From NCBI GenBank assembly GCA_965223265.1, contig OZ244999.1, positions 7,648,001-7,712,000 of the forward strand: 64,000 nt of DNA. The letters run 5' to 3'. This stretch comes from Planctomycetota bacterium (GTDB lineage: Bacteria > Planctomycetota > UBA8108 > SXIK01). The translations under genes and the position numbers were made by a program. Shown here in pieces: positions 29,991 through 40,720 of the stretch; position 1 is the stretch's first letter; the number at the start of each line of letters is the position of its first letter. The notes under the pieces are model-generated. The model searched no databases, was not told where the DNA came from, and saw only the letters and a program-made list of their open reading frames with translations.

Positions 29991-32900
29991 ATGCTATACC
30001 GAAGTGCCACCGCGGTGGTAAAGACGCCTCGCGAGCTCACCGTCCTCCTCGTTGGATTCTTTTTGCTCGCAGCGACACGGCTTGCTGCGAACGACCCCGA
30101 CGGGACCGTCTCGCCGATGGCCGACTATTCATCAGAGCTGCCTCGCATCCCGCCGCAGGAACCGCTCGAGTCGCTGTCGCAGCTTGTCGTTCACCCGGAC
30201 TTCGAAGTGCAGCTGGTGGCCGCGGAGCCGCTCGTCGTCGATCCGGTGGCGATCTCGTTCGACCCACGCGGTCGCATGTACGTCGTCTGCATGCGCGGCT
30301 ACAGCGAGCAAGCCGACGAACTCCTCGGACAGGTACGGCTCCTCACTGACACCGACGACGACGGCGACGCCGACACCAGCACGGTGTTCATGGACCGGCT
30401 CTCATGGCCGACAGGTGTTCTCTGCTACGACGGTGGTGTCTTCGTTGCCGTGGCGCCCGATATTCTGTACGCCAAGGACTCCGACGGCGACGGCAAAGCC
30501 GACATCATCAAGAAGGTGTTCACTGGTTTCGCGCGCAGCAACGTGCAGGGACTGGTGAACTCACTGCGCTGGGGGCTCGACCACCGGATCCACGGCGCGA
30601 CGAGTCGCTCCGGCGGCATCGTCAGCCGCGCGGACGGAACGTCGAAACCGCTGGATCTCAGGGGACGCGACTTCGCGTTTGACCCCCGAACGTTGGAACT
30701 CACCGCGACGCCGGGCGGCGCGCAGCATGGCTTCTCTTTCGACGATTGGGGCCGCAAATATGTTTGCAGCAACAGTCGCCACATCGAAATGGTCTACTAC
30801 GATGAACGCTACATCGCGCGCAATCCTCTCCTCGTTCCCCCGCCCAACCGCGTTCTGATTGCGGTTGACGGCGGCCAGGCGGAGGTCTACCGCATCAGCC
30901 CGGTAGAGCCGTGGCGTATCGTTCGTACACGCCTGCGCAAGGTGGGGAGCGTTCCAGGGCCAGTCGAAGGTGGCGGCCGCGCCGCCGGCTACTTCACGGC
31001 CGCTACCGGTATCACGATCTACCGCGGTGACGCATGGGACCGCAAACACCGCGGCCGACCGTTTATCGGCGACGTCGGCAGTAACATCATCCACAGAAAA
31101 ATCTTGCAGCCCGAGAGCGTCGGATTCTTAGCGCGGCGCATGGATTCCAAGAAAGAGTTCTTGGCGTCACCAGACAATTGGTTTCGACCGGTGCAAATGG
31201 CGAACAGCCCTGACGGCAATCTCTACGTCCTCGATATGTATCGAGAGGTGATCGAACACCCTCTGAGCGTACCGCCGATTATCAAGAAGCATCTCGATCT
31301 AACGAGCGGTCGAGATCGCGGTCGCATCTACCGAATCGTCCCGAAGAGTCATCAACTTCGTTCGCCTCCGAACCTCGATGAAGCGACGACTGAGCAGCTC
31401 GTCGCGATGCTCGACCATCGAAACGCGTGGCATCGCGAAACGGCCGCCCGCCTGCTCTACACCCGACAGGACCTTGCGGCGATCGAGCCTCTCAGAAAAC
31501 TCGCCGTTTCGGCGAAGACTCCACAGGGGAGAATCCAAGCTCTCTATTCCCTCAAAGCGATGGGGGCGTTAACGGCCAACGTGGTCTTACCGCTTCTCAA
31601 ACACGATCACGCGCGAGCGCGGGAACAAGCCATCCGACTACTCGAACCGTTTGCGGCGGATTCGAGCGAGGTGCGCGAGCGCCTCTATGCGATGACGCGA
31701 GACGTCGACGCCCGTGTGCGCTATCAACTTGCGTTCACACTCGGCGAAGTGCGCGATGAACGTCGTTACGATGCATTCAAAGCGATCATCCAGCGCGATC
31801 CGAAAGATGAGTGGATCCGTCTGGCGTGCTTGAGCTCTCTCAACGAAGGCCTAGCACGCGTCTTCAAATTGCTCGTCGACGACAAGAACTATCTCAGACG
31901 CCTGCCGTCGCGACTCGACTACGACCTCTACATAGATATGCTTGGCGCATTCGCCGAACAAATCGCGCGGCGGGGAATCAGTGGCGACAAAGAAATTGTG
32001 TTGAGATCGCTACCACAACACACGGAACTTCGTCCAGATCTGGTCAAGAAGGTTGTCGAACACTTTTGCTTCGGTCTTGGAAAACGTGGAGACGATCTTT
32101 GGGCCTCCCTCGATGGCAACGTCGTAGCGCAGGAGGCACTCAAGGACAACCTCGCGTTTGCGCGCCGCGGCCTCGAGGAGATGATTTATCAGCCAAGGAT
32201 CACTGCGCTGAAGACCCTGCGACTTAGCTCTTTCGCTGCAGAGGGCGCAGCTATTGCGAAGCTACTCGACAGCCGACAGCCAAGGGCTGTGCAGCGGGAA
32301 GCTCTGACGACGCTCTCAACGTTCGACGACGCCGGCGTCGCCGACGTCATCATTTCTGCGTGGCCGTCACTAAGCCCGAGCGTGCGTCCGCAGGCTGCTG
32401 AGGTCTTGTTGGCGCGAGCGAATCGACTGCCGAGCGTTCTGGGTGCTCTGGAATCGGAAACGATGCGCGCCTCGGACCTCGGCGCAGCGCGCATCAAGTC
32501 GCTCCGCAATCACGCAGACGATGCGATCAGAGAGAGAGCACGCAAAATCATCCCAGAAAACGTTCTGGCACGACGCGCGGACGTCACCGCCGCCTACCGC
32601 AGGGCGCTAGACTTGCCGGGAAACCCGACGCGTGGCAAGGAGATCTTCCAGGCGAACTGCGCTACTTGCCATCGCGTCGAGGGAGTGGGCTTCGAGCTAG
32701 GCCCGAATCTCGTTGCCATGCAGAATCGTGGTGCCGAAGCGATTCTCATGAACGTTCTCGATCCCAATCGTGAGCTTGATCCAAAGTTCACGGCCTATGT
32801 CGTGACGCTGCAAGACGGGCGCGTCATCACAGGGATAATCGAAGATGAGAATCCCAACACGATCACTCTGCAGCGCGGCGACAACCAAAAAGACGTTGTG

Positions 32901-33023
32901 GCACGCAAGGATATCCTCGGCGCCGAGAACAGCGGCCTCTCGCTCATGCCGGAAGGCTTTGAGGAAAAAATCTCGGTCGCTGACATGGCTCATTTACTCG
33001 CCTACTTGATGTCGGCGAGGTAG
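29991..33023 (+). CDS. PVC-type membrane-bound dehydrogenase domain / heme-binding CxxCH protein
   Basis: LVAAEPLVVDPVAISFD, DTDDDGDAD, WFRPV, DMYREVIEHP, HEAT-like repeats, CATCH, GPNL and SLMPEG. Confidence 0.9.
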   Translation: MLYRSATAVVKTPRELTVLLVGFFLLAATRLAANDPDGTVSPMADYSSELPRIPPQEPLESLSQLVVHPDFEVQLVAAEPLVVDPVAISFDPRGRMYVVCMRGYSEQADELLGQVRLLTDTDDDGDADTSTVFMDRLSWPTGVLCYDGGVFVAVAPDILYAKDSDGDGKADIIKKVFTGFARSNVQGLVNSLRWGLDHRIHGATSRSGGIVSRADGTSKPLDLRGRDFAFDPRTLELTATPGGAQHGFSFDDWGRKYVCSNSRHIEMVYYDERYIARNPLLVPPPNRVLIAVDGGQAEVYRISPVEPWRIVRTRLRKVGSVPGPVEGGGRAAGYFTAATGITIYRGDAWDRKHRGRPFIGDVGSNIIHRKILQPESVGFLARRMDSKKEFLASPDNWFRPVQMANSPDGNLYVLDMYREVIEHPLSVPPIIKKHLDLTSGRDRGRIYRIVPKSHQLRSPPNLDEATTEQLVAMLDHRNAWHRETAARLLYTRQDLAAIEPLRKLAVSAKTPQGRIQALYSLKAMGALTANVVLPLLKHDHARAREQAIRLLEPFAADSSEVRERLYAMTRDVDARVRYQLAFTLGEVRDERRYDAFKAIIQRDPKDEWIRLACLSSLNEGLARVFKLLVDDKNYLRRLPSRLDYDLYIDMLGAFAEQIARRGISGDKEIVLRSLPQHTELRPDLVKKVVEHFCFGLGKRGDDLWASLDGNVVAQEALKDNLAFARRGLEEMIYQPRITALKTLRLSSFAAEGAAIAKLLDSRQPRAVQREALTTLSTFDDAGVADVIISAWPSLSPSVRPQAAEVLLARANRLPSVLGALESETMRASDLGAARIKSLRNHADDAIRERARKIIPENVLARRADVTAAYRRALDLPGNPTRGKEIFQANCATCHRVEGVGFELGPNLVAMQNRGAEAILMNVLDPNRELDPKFTAYVVTLQDGRVITGIIEDENPNTITLQRGDNQKDVVARKDILGAENSGLSLMPEGFEEKISVADMAHLLAYLMSAR

Positions 33024-33352
33024 ATCTCAGAGGCCGCAAGAGCCCCCGCCGCGGTCTCTGTGGCCATCTGACGGTCGTTTGCGAGCCTATCGTGAAGAAG
33101 TGATGCACGCCGAGCTCGCAGCTCCGTCCCAACTCAATGCGCTCATCGGTTGGGTTTCTGGCGACTTTCATTCACGAGCTCTGCGTCAACAAAAGAGACT
33201 CTCGCAAAGCGAGCGAAACCCGCGAGAGACGCCTGACAGATGAACCGAAGAAGAACCGGCCGTTCGGAGCCGGATACCGATGCGACGGAGACAGAGACGA
33301 ACTGACTCCGAACGCGCGTGGCTGCTGCTTTGCACGCATGCGCTCACCCTCC

Positions 33353-33675
33353 CAAGACCGGACGGCACACCGGAGTGTGCCTGCTACTTTGGTCGGCCGC
33401 CCTTCGTTGACTTGGTTTCCTTTTGTTCAACTCTTCTTCTCGTCTTTTGAACAGAAGCACACGAAGCGAACGAAGGCGAGACAGAGAAGCGGCAAACGCT
33501 CGTGACGCACTCCCAAACAAGACCGGACGGCACACCGGAGTGTGCCTGCTACTTTGGTCGGCCGCCCTTCGTTGACTTGGTTTCCTTTTGTTCAACTCTT
33601 CTTCTCGTCTTTTGAACAGAAGCACACGAAGCGAACGAAGGCGAGACAGAGAAGCGGCAAACGCTCGTGACGCAC
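33353..33675. repeat. Exact 158-bp tandem direct duplication with a 7-bp spacer
   Basis: 33353-33510 is identical to 33518-33675 (caagaccgg...gtgacgcac). The spacer is tcccaaa. Confidence 0.95.
33361..33387 (-). repeat. GTAG-type REP-like palindrome (second copy at 33526-33552)
   Basis: The minus strand reads GTAG-CA-GGCACAC-TCCG-GTGTGCC-GTC: a GTAG tetranucleotide followed by a 7-bp stem with a 4-nt loop. Confidence 0.7.
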
Positions 33676-33966
33676 ACGCAATCGCGCGTGGCCTTGAAAC
33701 GCTTCTCTTTCGCAACAACGGGACGGAGGCGGATCGTCCTTGTCCGTCTCCGCTTAGAAAACCGAGTCGCACGGGCCCCATAATGCGCCAACTCCGCTCA
33801 GGCGTCGGGAAGACTTCCGATATCGGGTGCACTGGGCACCTCAACGGCCATTCTCAACCCTGCAGGTTAGACTTCTACCGGCAGATTGCGTGCTGCTGCG
33901 GGCAAGGGTAACCCGCGCGTCTCAACCACCTCAGCCCCCCCACGCCAGTAGATTTCAGACTGCAAG

Positions 33967-36900
33967 ATGAGCGACGTAGACTCGAGAACTCCGGATTACG
34001 CCGAAACAGACATCGCCATTGTTGGACTCGCCGCACGCCTGCCAGGAGCCCAGACCGCGAGCGAGTTCTGGCGCAACTTGTGCGAAGGCGTCGAATCGAT
34101 CCGTTATCTCAGCGACTCCGACCTGTTGCAAGCAGGTGTGGCGCGCGACCTGCTGCGCAACCCGAGCTACGTCAAGTCGGATCACCCGCTCGAAGGGGCG
34201 GAACTGTTCGACGCAGACTTCTTCGGATTGACGCCGACCGAAGCTTCGGTGATGGATCCGCAGCACCGCCAGTTCCTCGAATGCGTGTGGGAAGCCTTGG
34301 AGGACGCTGGTCATGTGCCAGAGAGCTTTCCAGGCGCGATCGGCGTCTTCGGCGGCTCCGGGATGAACGCATACCTCATGCTGAATGTCCTGACGCACCG
34401 CGATTTGGTCGACAATCTCGGCGTCTTCTTCTTGCGTCACACCGGGAACGACAAGGATTTCCTCGCCACGCGAGCCTCGTACGAGTTGGATCTTCGCGGG
34501 CCGAGTGTCAACGTGCAGACAGCGTGTTCCACCTCGCTCGTTGCAGTTCATCTCGCGTGCCAGAGTCTCATCAGCGGCGAAAGCGACCTCGCTCTCGCTG
34601 GCGGCGTCACCATCAATCTGCCGCTCGGTCATGGGTATCTGTTTCAAGAGGGGGAAGTTCTTTCACCTGATGGTCATTGCCATGCCTTCGATCACCGCGC
34701 CGCCGGCACGATCTTCGGCAACGGCGTTGGCGTCGTCGCGCTTCGCCGACTCCAAGACGCGCTCGAAGATCGTGACTCGATCCGAGCCATCATCAAAGGC
34801 ACAGCAGTGAACAACGACGGGTCTGGCAAAGTCGGCTACTTTGCTCCGAGCGTCGACGGTCAAGCCAAGGCGATCCTAGAAGCTCTGACCGTCGCGGATG
34901 TCGACGCCGACACCATTTCGTACGTCGAAGCTCACGGCACTGGGACACCGATGGGCGACCCGATCGAAATCGAAGCACTGACGCTCGCGTTCCGTGAACA
35001 CACCGACCGCGTCGGCTACTGCAGGATCGGCTCGGTGAAAACCAATATCGGCCACCTCGACACCGCCGCTGGTGTCGCCAGTTTGATCAAGACGGCGCTA
35101 GCGCTCGAGAACCGTGAAATCCCTGCCAGCCTTCACTATGAAGCTCCCAACCCGCAAATCGACTTCGCTGCCAGTCCTTTCGTCGTCAATCACGAACTCA
35201 CGGCATGGGAAAGGGATGGCGCACCGCGGCGCGCAGGGGTCAGCTCCCTCGGGGTCGGCGGCACCAACGCTCACGTCATTCTCGAGGAAGCTCCACTCAG
35301 CGAGGAGGGCGACGACAACGAGGGCAGCAGCGATTCTGCACACGAGTGGCAAACGCTCCTGATTTCGGCGAAGTCACCGGCTGCGCTCGATTCCATGCGC
35401 GGCAAATTGGCTGACCGGTTGGAGCAAGGTGGACTCGAGCTAGCGGACGTCGCCTTCACCCTGCGGCAAGGGAGAGCGACCATGCCGCACCGAGCCTGCG
35501 TCGCAGCCCGTTCGCTTGACGACGCAGCCGCGGCGCTGCGTGAAGCCGACAGTCAACGGTACTTCACCGCGGCAGCCCCGGAGAACGCACCCGCCCTGGC
35601 GTTCATGTTTTCAGGAGCGGGTACGCAGTACCCAGGGATGGGTCAGGGACTGTACGCGTCGGAGAGCGTCTACCGCGACACCATCGACAGCCTCGCGGAC
35701 GAAGTCAAACGACGCACCGACCTCGATCTTAAGAACCTGCTGTTTCCGCCTGCGGGCAAGGGTACAGGAGAGCAGCTCGAATCCCCGCTCGCGGCAGTAA
35801 CCTCGCTTTTCATCACAGAGCTCGCCATGGCAAGACTCTGGCTGTCGGTTGGTGTTGAACCGGACGTCTTCATGGGGCACAGCCTGGGCGAATACGCTGC
35901 GGCGTGTCTGGCCGGAGTCCTTGACGAGCGCGACGCACTCTCGATCGTGATCAAACGTGGCGAGATCTTCTGCCGGCTCGAACCAGGTGCGATGCTGAGC
36001 GTGCCACTCCCAGAAAGCGAGCTGCGCGAAATCGCCGGCGACGATCTCGACATCGCAGCGATCAACGCGCCTGGTTACGGCGTCGTCTCGGGACCGGAGA
36101 GAGAAATCGACGCGCTCACCTCCAAGCTTGAGAGCCGCGAAATTGAGTTCCGACGTCTTCGCGTTCGCCTTGCAGGACACTCGAAGATGCTGGAGCCGCA
36201 TCTTGATGAGTTCTCTGATCATATCAAGGCGATTCGCTTCAACGAACCGAACGCTCGTCTGGTTTCAAATCTGACGGGGCGCTTCGTCGAACCCAACGAA
36301 GTGACGACGACGCAGTATTGGGTCGATCACCTGCGTCGAACTGTTCGCTTCGCCGACGGCATCGCGGCCCTCTTCGACAGCGGACCGCACGCACTCCTCG
36401 AGGTCGGACCTGGCACAGCTCTCACCTCGCTCGTGCACGCCCAGGGCGGCGATCAGCCAGTTCGGGCAGTTCCATCGATGCGGCATCCGAACGATCCTGC
36501 CGATGACATCCAAGCATTTCGGACCAGCTGCGGACGCCTTTGGCTCCACGGCGTCGACGTCGATTGGAACCGGCTCGATCGCGGACGACGCCCCCACAGG
36601 GTGTCTTTGCCGACATACCCCTTCGAGAAGAAGCGTCACTGGCTCGCCCCGCAGCAAGTGACCCACGGTGCGGCCATGAAAGGTGATGGCGTGCCGCGGA
36701 GACTCGCAAACTCGGGCGAGTGGTTGTGGACACCAATCTGGCAACGGACAGCCCCGCTTCCCGATCGCAGCGCGTATCCAGTGACCAAACAGACTTGGCT
36801 CATCTTTGCCGACGAGCAGGGATTCGCCGCCGCGCTCGCAGCAGAGTGCCGCGCGCGCGATCATGAAGTCATCGAAGCGACCGTCGGCAGTGAGTTTCAC

Positions 36901-39900
36901 TTCGCCGATGGGAACCACGTGACGCTTCAGCTCGGCTGTAAGGAGGATTACGAGCGTCTGTTCGAGCAGCTCGAGAGGGACGGCAGAACGCCGCATGTCG
37001 TCGCACACTGTTGGGCGCTTGGTGATGACGATTCCACCAGCGTGGACCAACTCTCCGCTGCGGACGACATCATCGGACGATCGTTCATCAGTGCGACGCA
37101 TCTGCTGCAGGCGATCGCGGCTGACCCGGAACCGGAGACGCGGGTCCTGTTCGTCACCGACGGCGTTCACACTGTTGGTGAACACCTCGCTGCGCACCCC
37201 CTCAAGGCGACGATCCTCGGACCGACGCGCGTCGCTCCAAATGAAGTACCGGAACTCTCGTGCTGTTCGTGTGATATCGACACAGATCTCGTCGCCAAGG
37301 CCACATCGTCCCCTGACGACAAGGCACGCGTCGCGCGGCTTCTCTACGTCGAGTCGCAGGCTGATCGACTCGAACCGGTTGTCGCATTCCGCGACGGCGA
37401 TCGCTGGATCCAAAAACTAGAGACTTGCGGATCGGGCACGAATCCACCAGCGCCGTATGAGTTTCGACGCGGGGGAGTGTACCTACTCACCGGAGGCCTG
37501 GGCGATCTGGCCCTCGTGCACGCGGAGTACCTGGCGCACAACTACCAGGCGAAACTAGCGCTCGTTTCGCGTCGGAACTTCCCAGCTGAGTGCGAGTGGG
37601 TGCGGTGGCTCAACGACTACGGCGAACGCCATCCCGTGTGCCGGCGCATTCGTCAAATTGAACGGCTCCAAGAACTGGGCGCGGAGGTCATTGTCCTGCA
37701 AGCGGATGTTACCGACCACAACGCCATGGAGCAGGCGGTGCGCTCCACCGTCGATCGCTTCGGTGCGCTCCACGGAGTTTTCCACAGCGCGGGTCGGGTC
37801 GACGATGGCCCGTTGGCCTCGAAACAGACTGAAGACCTACAGAGGGTGCTGGCGCCCAAAGTCCAAGGCACACTTGTCCTCGACGCGGTGACGCGCGATC
37901 TCGATCTCGACATCACGATTCTGTTCTCGTCCACGAGCTCGTTCCTCGGGCTACCAGGGCAAATTGACTACGCCGCTGCCAACTCGTTCTTGGACGCATT
38001 CGCGCAAAGCCGCGTTGCCGCATCGGGCTCACGCGTCGTGGCGATCAATTGGGGCGTATGGAAAGGAGTCGGAATGGCGGCTCGGGCGGTCGATCCGTCG
38101 CGCGCCGAGCAGCCGACGGCGGACGAGCTGCGTGAGCGACATCCTCTCCTGAACTTTCGAGATCAACCAACGGAAGACGAGACGCGAATCGCCAGTTACT
38201 TGACAGCCGATCGGCACTGGGTTCTCGACGGTCACCGCGCCAAGACCGGCCATGCCGTGCTCCCCGGCACCGGCTGTATCGAACTCATCGCGGCTGCATT
38301 CCGTGAAGTCGCCGGCGAGACAGCATTCAGGGCGGATTCCCTGGCGCTCTTGAACCCGATCGAAGTTCGAGCGGAGGCGCACAAGGAAGTAGAGATCCGC
38401 TACGCTCGAGGAGCTGCGGGTTACGCGGTGACCATTGATAGTCGAGACACCGGAGACGGCCCCGGAAGCGATTGGCGTCACAATGTGACCTGCGATGTCA
38501 GCGCTGTTTCCTCGAAGACACCACGCCGCGTAGATCTGGATAGCATCCATCGGCGCTGCAAGCCTCTTCAGAGCGAGGCCATCGATTGGCGGCGGAGCAC
38601 CCAGGGAGCTTTCGTCGATTTCGGCGAACGCTGGAATTGTCTGACCAGCGTTTCGGGAGCAGAGGACGAACTCCTCGCAGAGATTCGACTCAACGAGAAA
38701 TACCAAGATGAGACTGTCGACTATCAGACCCATCCTGCTCTTCTCGATGTCGCACTGGGTGCCGGGCTCTTGCTCATCGATTCGCGCACACGACACGACA
38801 ATCTTTACGTGCCGATGGCATGCGAGAGCTTCACGCTCTACGCCCCTCTTCCGGCGCACTTCTTCAGCCACGTGCGCCTGACGTCGCCGGGTGGCGAAAG
38901 TCACGGAGGTGGCTATGACGCCGACGTCATCACGATGGACGCGACCCTTGTTGCGCCCGATGGCGCACCGCTCATGTCCTTCGTTGGATTCACGCTGCGA
39001 AGGATCGACGGACGCAGCGCTTTTGCGACCACTGCCGACCGCACGCTCGAATCACAGCGGCCTGACGAACGCCAAGACGCGACCGTTGGGGCCGAGCCGT
39101 CACGACCGAAATCGCTCCTGGAAGAACTCGTCGATGAGGGGATCCCCGCGGACGAAGGAATCCTTGCTCTCGAGAAGGCCCTGGGCAACGGAGAGCGCGC
39201 CCAAGTGTTGATCTCGTCGCTCGATTTCAGCGAGCTCACCCACTTCGTGGAGACCCAGTTCGGGTCCAAGTCGAAGCCACAGGCGTCACGCTCAGCGAGC
39301 TCAAAAGGGCAGGCGGAAGCGCGCGACGAGGTCGAGGCGAAAGTCCGTGAGATTTGGAGCGACGTGCTCGGCGTGGACGTCGGACTCACCGACAGCTTCT
39401 TCGACCTCGGCGGCCACTCCATCCTCGCGGTTCGCCTTCTCGCCAAGATCAAGAAGACCTACTCCGTCGAGCTTCCGCTGGCCAGCCTTTTCCAAGCGCC
39501 GACTGTTGAGAAGATGGCGGCCGTCGTGAAGGAAAAGATTGGTTTCACGCCGAGCGCAGCGGGAGAGACCGCCCCATCGACGCCCCAGTACGTCGTCGAA
39601 CTGCAGCGCGGCGCCGGTTTGCCGCGACTTTTTTGCGTGCACGGAGTCGGCGGCAACGTACTCAAGTTCAGCGATCTCGCCCGGCGCCTTGGAAGCGACC
39701 AACCGTTCTACGGTATCCAAGCGCGGGGCGTCGACGGCAAGACACCACCGCACACCAGTATCGGCGACATGGCAAGCAGCTACCTGGAAGAAGTCCGTCA
39801 AGTCCAGGAGACGGGGCCCTACTTTCTCTGTGGCTACTCTGCGGGCGGAGTGATCGCGTTCGAGATGGCACAGCAGTTACTCGCCGCTGGCGAGGAAGTT

Positions 39901-40386
39901 GCGCTGCTGGCGTTTCTCGACACGTACCACCCGTCGCAGTACGCCAACCGCGCCCTGCCGGGAAAGACGGAGGATTCCGGTCTGAAGAAGAAGCTGCGAC
40001 GCCATTGGAAACGCTTCGTCGGCGCGCAGCGCGATCGCTTCAAGAACCAAATGCTCAAGCTACACCGTCGTTTGAAGCGTCCGCTACCGCCTTACCTCCG
40101 GCCGCAGAACCTCGCTCTTCATTACTATGCCGCCGTGCGCAGCCACGAGACCGGCATCTATCCCGGAGACGTGATCAACTTCGTCGCTGGGGAGAAGCTG
40201 ATCGAGACGAGCCCGTCGCTGGGCTGGGATCCGTACGTCGCGGGCGACTTGACCGTCGAGACCATTCCGGGCACGCACGACGACTTCTTGCTCGAACCGA
40301 ACGTGCTGCACATGATCGACGCGCTCAGGAAGGCGATCGATTCGGCGGCCGCGCGCAGCAAAAGTCAGAATTTCAGTCGGACTTAG
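33967..40386 (+). CDS. Single-module type I polyketide synthase (KS-AT-KR-DH-ACP-TE)
   Basis: KS: VQTACSTS, HGTGT, NIGH. AT: GHSLG, LAGHS. KR: TGGLGDL, VDD, YAAAN. DH: HRAKTGHAVLP, HPALLD. ACP: FFDLGGHSI. TE: GYSAGG. Confidence 0.95.
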   Translation: MSDVDSRTPDYAETDIAIVGLAARLPGAQTASEFWRNLCEGVESIRYLSDSDLLQAGVARDLLRNPSYVKSDHPLEGAELFDADFFGLTPTEASVMDPQHRQFLECVWEALEDAGHVPESFPGAIGVFGGSGMNAYLMLNVLTHRDLVDNLGVFFLRHTGNDKDFLATRASYELDLRGPSVNVQTACSTSLVAVHLACQSLISGESDLALAGGVTINLPLGHGYLFQEGEVLSPDGHCHAFDHRAAGTIFGNGVGVVALRRLQDALEDRDSIRAIIKGTAVNNDGSGKVGYFAPSVDGQAKAILEALTVADVDADTISYVEAHGTGTPMGDPIEIEALTLAFREHTDRVGYCRIGSVKTNIGHLDTAAGVASLIKTALALENREIPASLHYEAPNPQIDFAASPFVVNHELTAWERDGAPRRAGVSSLGVGGTNAHVILEEAPLSEEGDDNEGSSDSAHEWQTLLISAKSPAALDSMRGKLADRLEQGGLELADVAFTLRQGRATMPHRACVAARSLDDAAAALREADSQRYFTAAAPENAPALAFMFSGAGTQYPGMGQGLYASESVYRDTIDSLADEVKRRTDLDLKNLLFPPAGKGTGEQLESPLAAVTSLFITELAMARLWLSVGVEPDVFMGHSLGEYAAACLAGVLDERDALSIVIKRGEIFCRLEPGAMLSVPLPESELREIAGDDLDIAAINAPGYGVVSGPEREIDALTSKLESREIEFRRLRVRLAGHSKMLEPHLDEFSDHIKAIRFNEPNARLVSNLTGRFVEPNEVTTTQYWVDHLRRTVRFADGIAALFDSGPHALLEVGPGTALTSLVHAQGGDQPVRAVPSMRHPNDPADDIQAFRTSCGRLWLHGVDVDWNRLDRGRRPHRVSLPTYPFEKKRHWLAPQQVTHGAAMKGDGVPRRLANSGEWLWTPIWQRTAPLPDRSAYPVTKQTWLIFADEQGFAAALAAECRARDHEVIEATVGSEFHFADGNHVTLQLGCKEDYERLFEQLERDGRTPHVVAHCWALGDDDSTSVDQLSAADDIIGRSFISATHLLQAIAADPEPETRVLFVTDGVHTVGEHLAAHPLKATILGPTRVAPNEVPELSCCSCDIDTDLVAKATSSPDDKARVARLLYVESQADRLEPVVAFRDGDRWIQKLETCGSGTNPPAPYEFRRGGVYLLTGGLGDLALVHAEYLAHNYQAKLALVSRRNFPAECEWVRWLNDYGERHPVCRRIRQIERLQELGAEVIVLQADVTDHNAMEQAVRSTVDRFGALHGVFHSAGRVDDGPLASKQTEDLQRVLAPKVQGTLVLDAVTRDLDLDITILFSSTSSFLGLPGQIDYAAANSFLDAFAQSRVAASGSRVVAINWGVWKGVGMAARAVDPSRAEQPTADELRERHPLLNFRDQPTEDETRIASYLTADRHWVLDGHRAKTGHAVLPGTGCIELIAAAFREVAGETAFRADSLALLNPIEVRAEAHKEVEIRYARGAAGYAVTIDSRDTGDGPGSDWRHNVTCDVSAVSSKTPRRVDLDSIHRRCKPLQSEAIDWRRSTQGAFVDFGERWNCLTSVSGAEDELLAEIRLNEKYQDETVDYQTHPALLDVALGAGLLLIDSRTRHDNLYVPMACESFTLYAPLPAHFFSHVRLTSPGGESHGGGYDADVITMDATLVAPDGAPLMSFVGFTLRRIDGRSAFATTADRTLESQRPDERQDATVGAEPSRPKSLLEELVDEGIPADEGILALEKALGNGERAQVLISSLDFSELTHFVETQFGSKSKPQASRSASSKGQAEARDEVEAKVREIWSDVLGVDVGLTDSFFDLGGHSILAVRLLAKIKKTYSVELPLASLFQAPTVEKMAAVVKEKIGFTPSAAGETAPSTPQYVVELQRGAGLPRLFCVHGVGGNVLKFSDLARRLGSDQPFYGIQARGVDGKTPPHTSIGDMASSYLEEVRQVQETGPYFLCGYSAGGVIAFEMAQQLLAAGEEVALLAFLDTYHPSQYANRALPGKTEDSGLKKKLRRHWKRFVGAQRDRFKNQMLKLHRRLKRPLPPYLRPQNLALHYYAAVRSHETGIYPGDVINFVAGEKLIETSPSLGWDPYVAGDLTVETIPGTHDDFLLEPNVLHMIDALRKAIDSAAARSKSQNFSRT

Positions 40387-40391
40387 TGCTC

Positions 40392-40621
40392 GCAGAGACG
40401 GAAGCAGAGCAGAGACGGAAGCCCGCACGCCCACCCAAGCAAGAACGGCGCTCAGTCAAAAGTGGAGAAGAGACGTGCTGCCATGAGCGTTCTTGCGGTG
40501 GCATGGTTGCCACCCGTCTCCGTCTCTGATTCCTTCGCGGTTTCCGTGTGCGGTCCCGTTCCCGCCTGCGTCTGCGCGAGCGTGCGGGCGTTCCGCCTTC
40601 CGTCTCCGCCTCTGTCTCCGC
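40392..40621. repeat. Imperfect long inverted repeat built from gagacg/ccgtct-type short units
   Basis: gcccgcacgc (40421-40430) is the exact reverse complement of gcgtgcgggc (40580-40589). The flanking gagacggaa / ttccgtctc arms also pair. Confidence 0.5.
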
Positions 40622-40720
40622 CTCCCTGCCACTCGCCCTCTCGCTCACTCTCCGATTCGGAACGAGAGCCCATCTCGACGCCGTGGTATAGTGCCCGCTT
40701 GAAGATGGAGGACATGCACT

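Noticed and set aside
33028-33060. Hairpin after the CxxCH gene as an intrinsic terminator
   Set aside because: The stem is imperfect with a long loop and no U-tract.
33353-33675. Possible CRISPR array
   Set aside because: Only two long identical units, no unique spacers and no cas genes.
33137-33911. ORFs of 80-166 aa across the repeat region
   Set aside because: They are translations of the duplicated palindromic DNA with no protein-like motifs.
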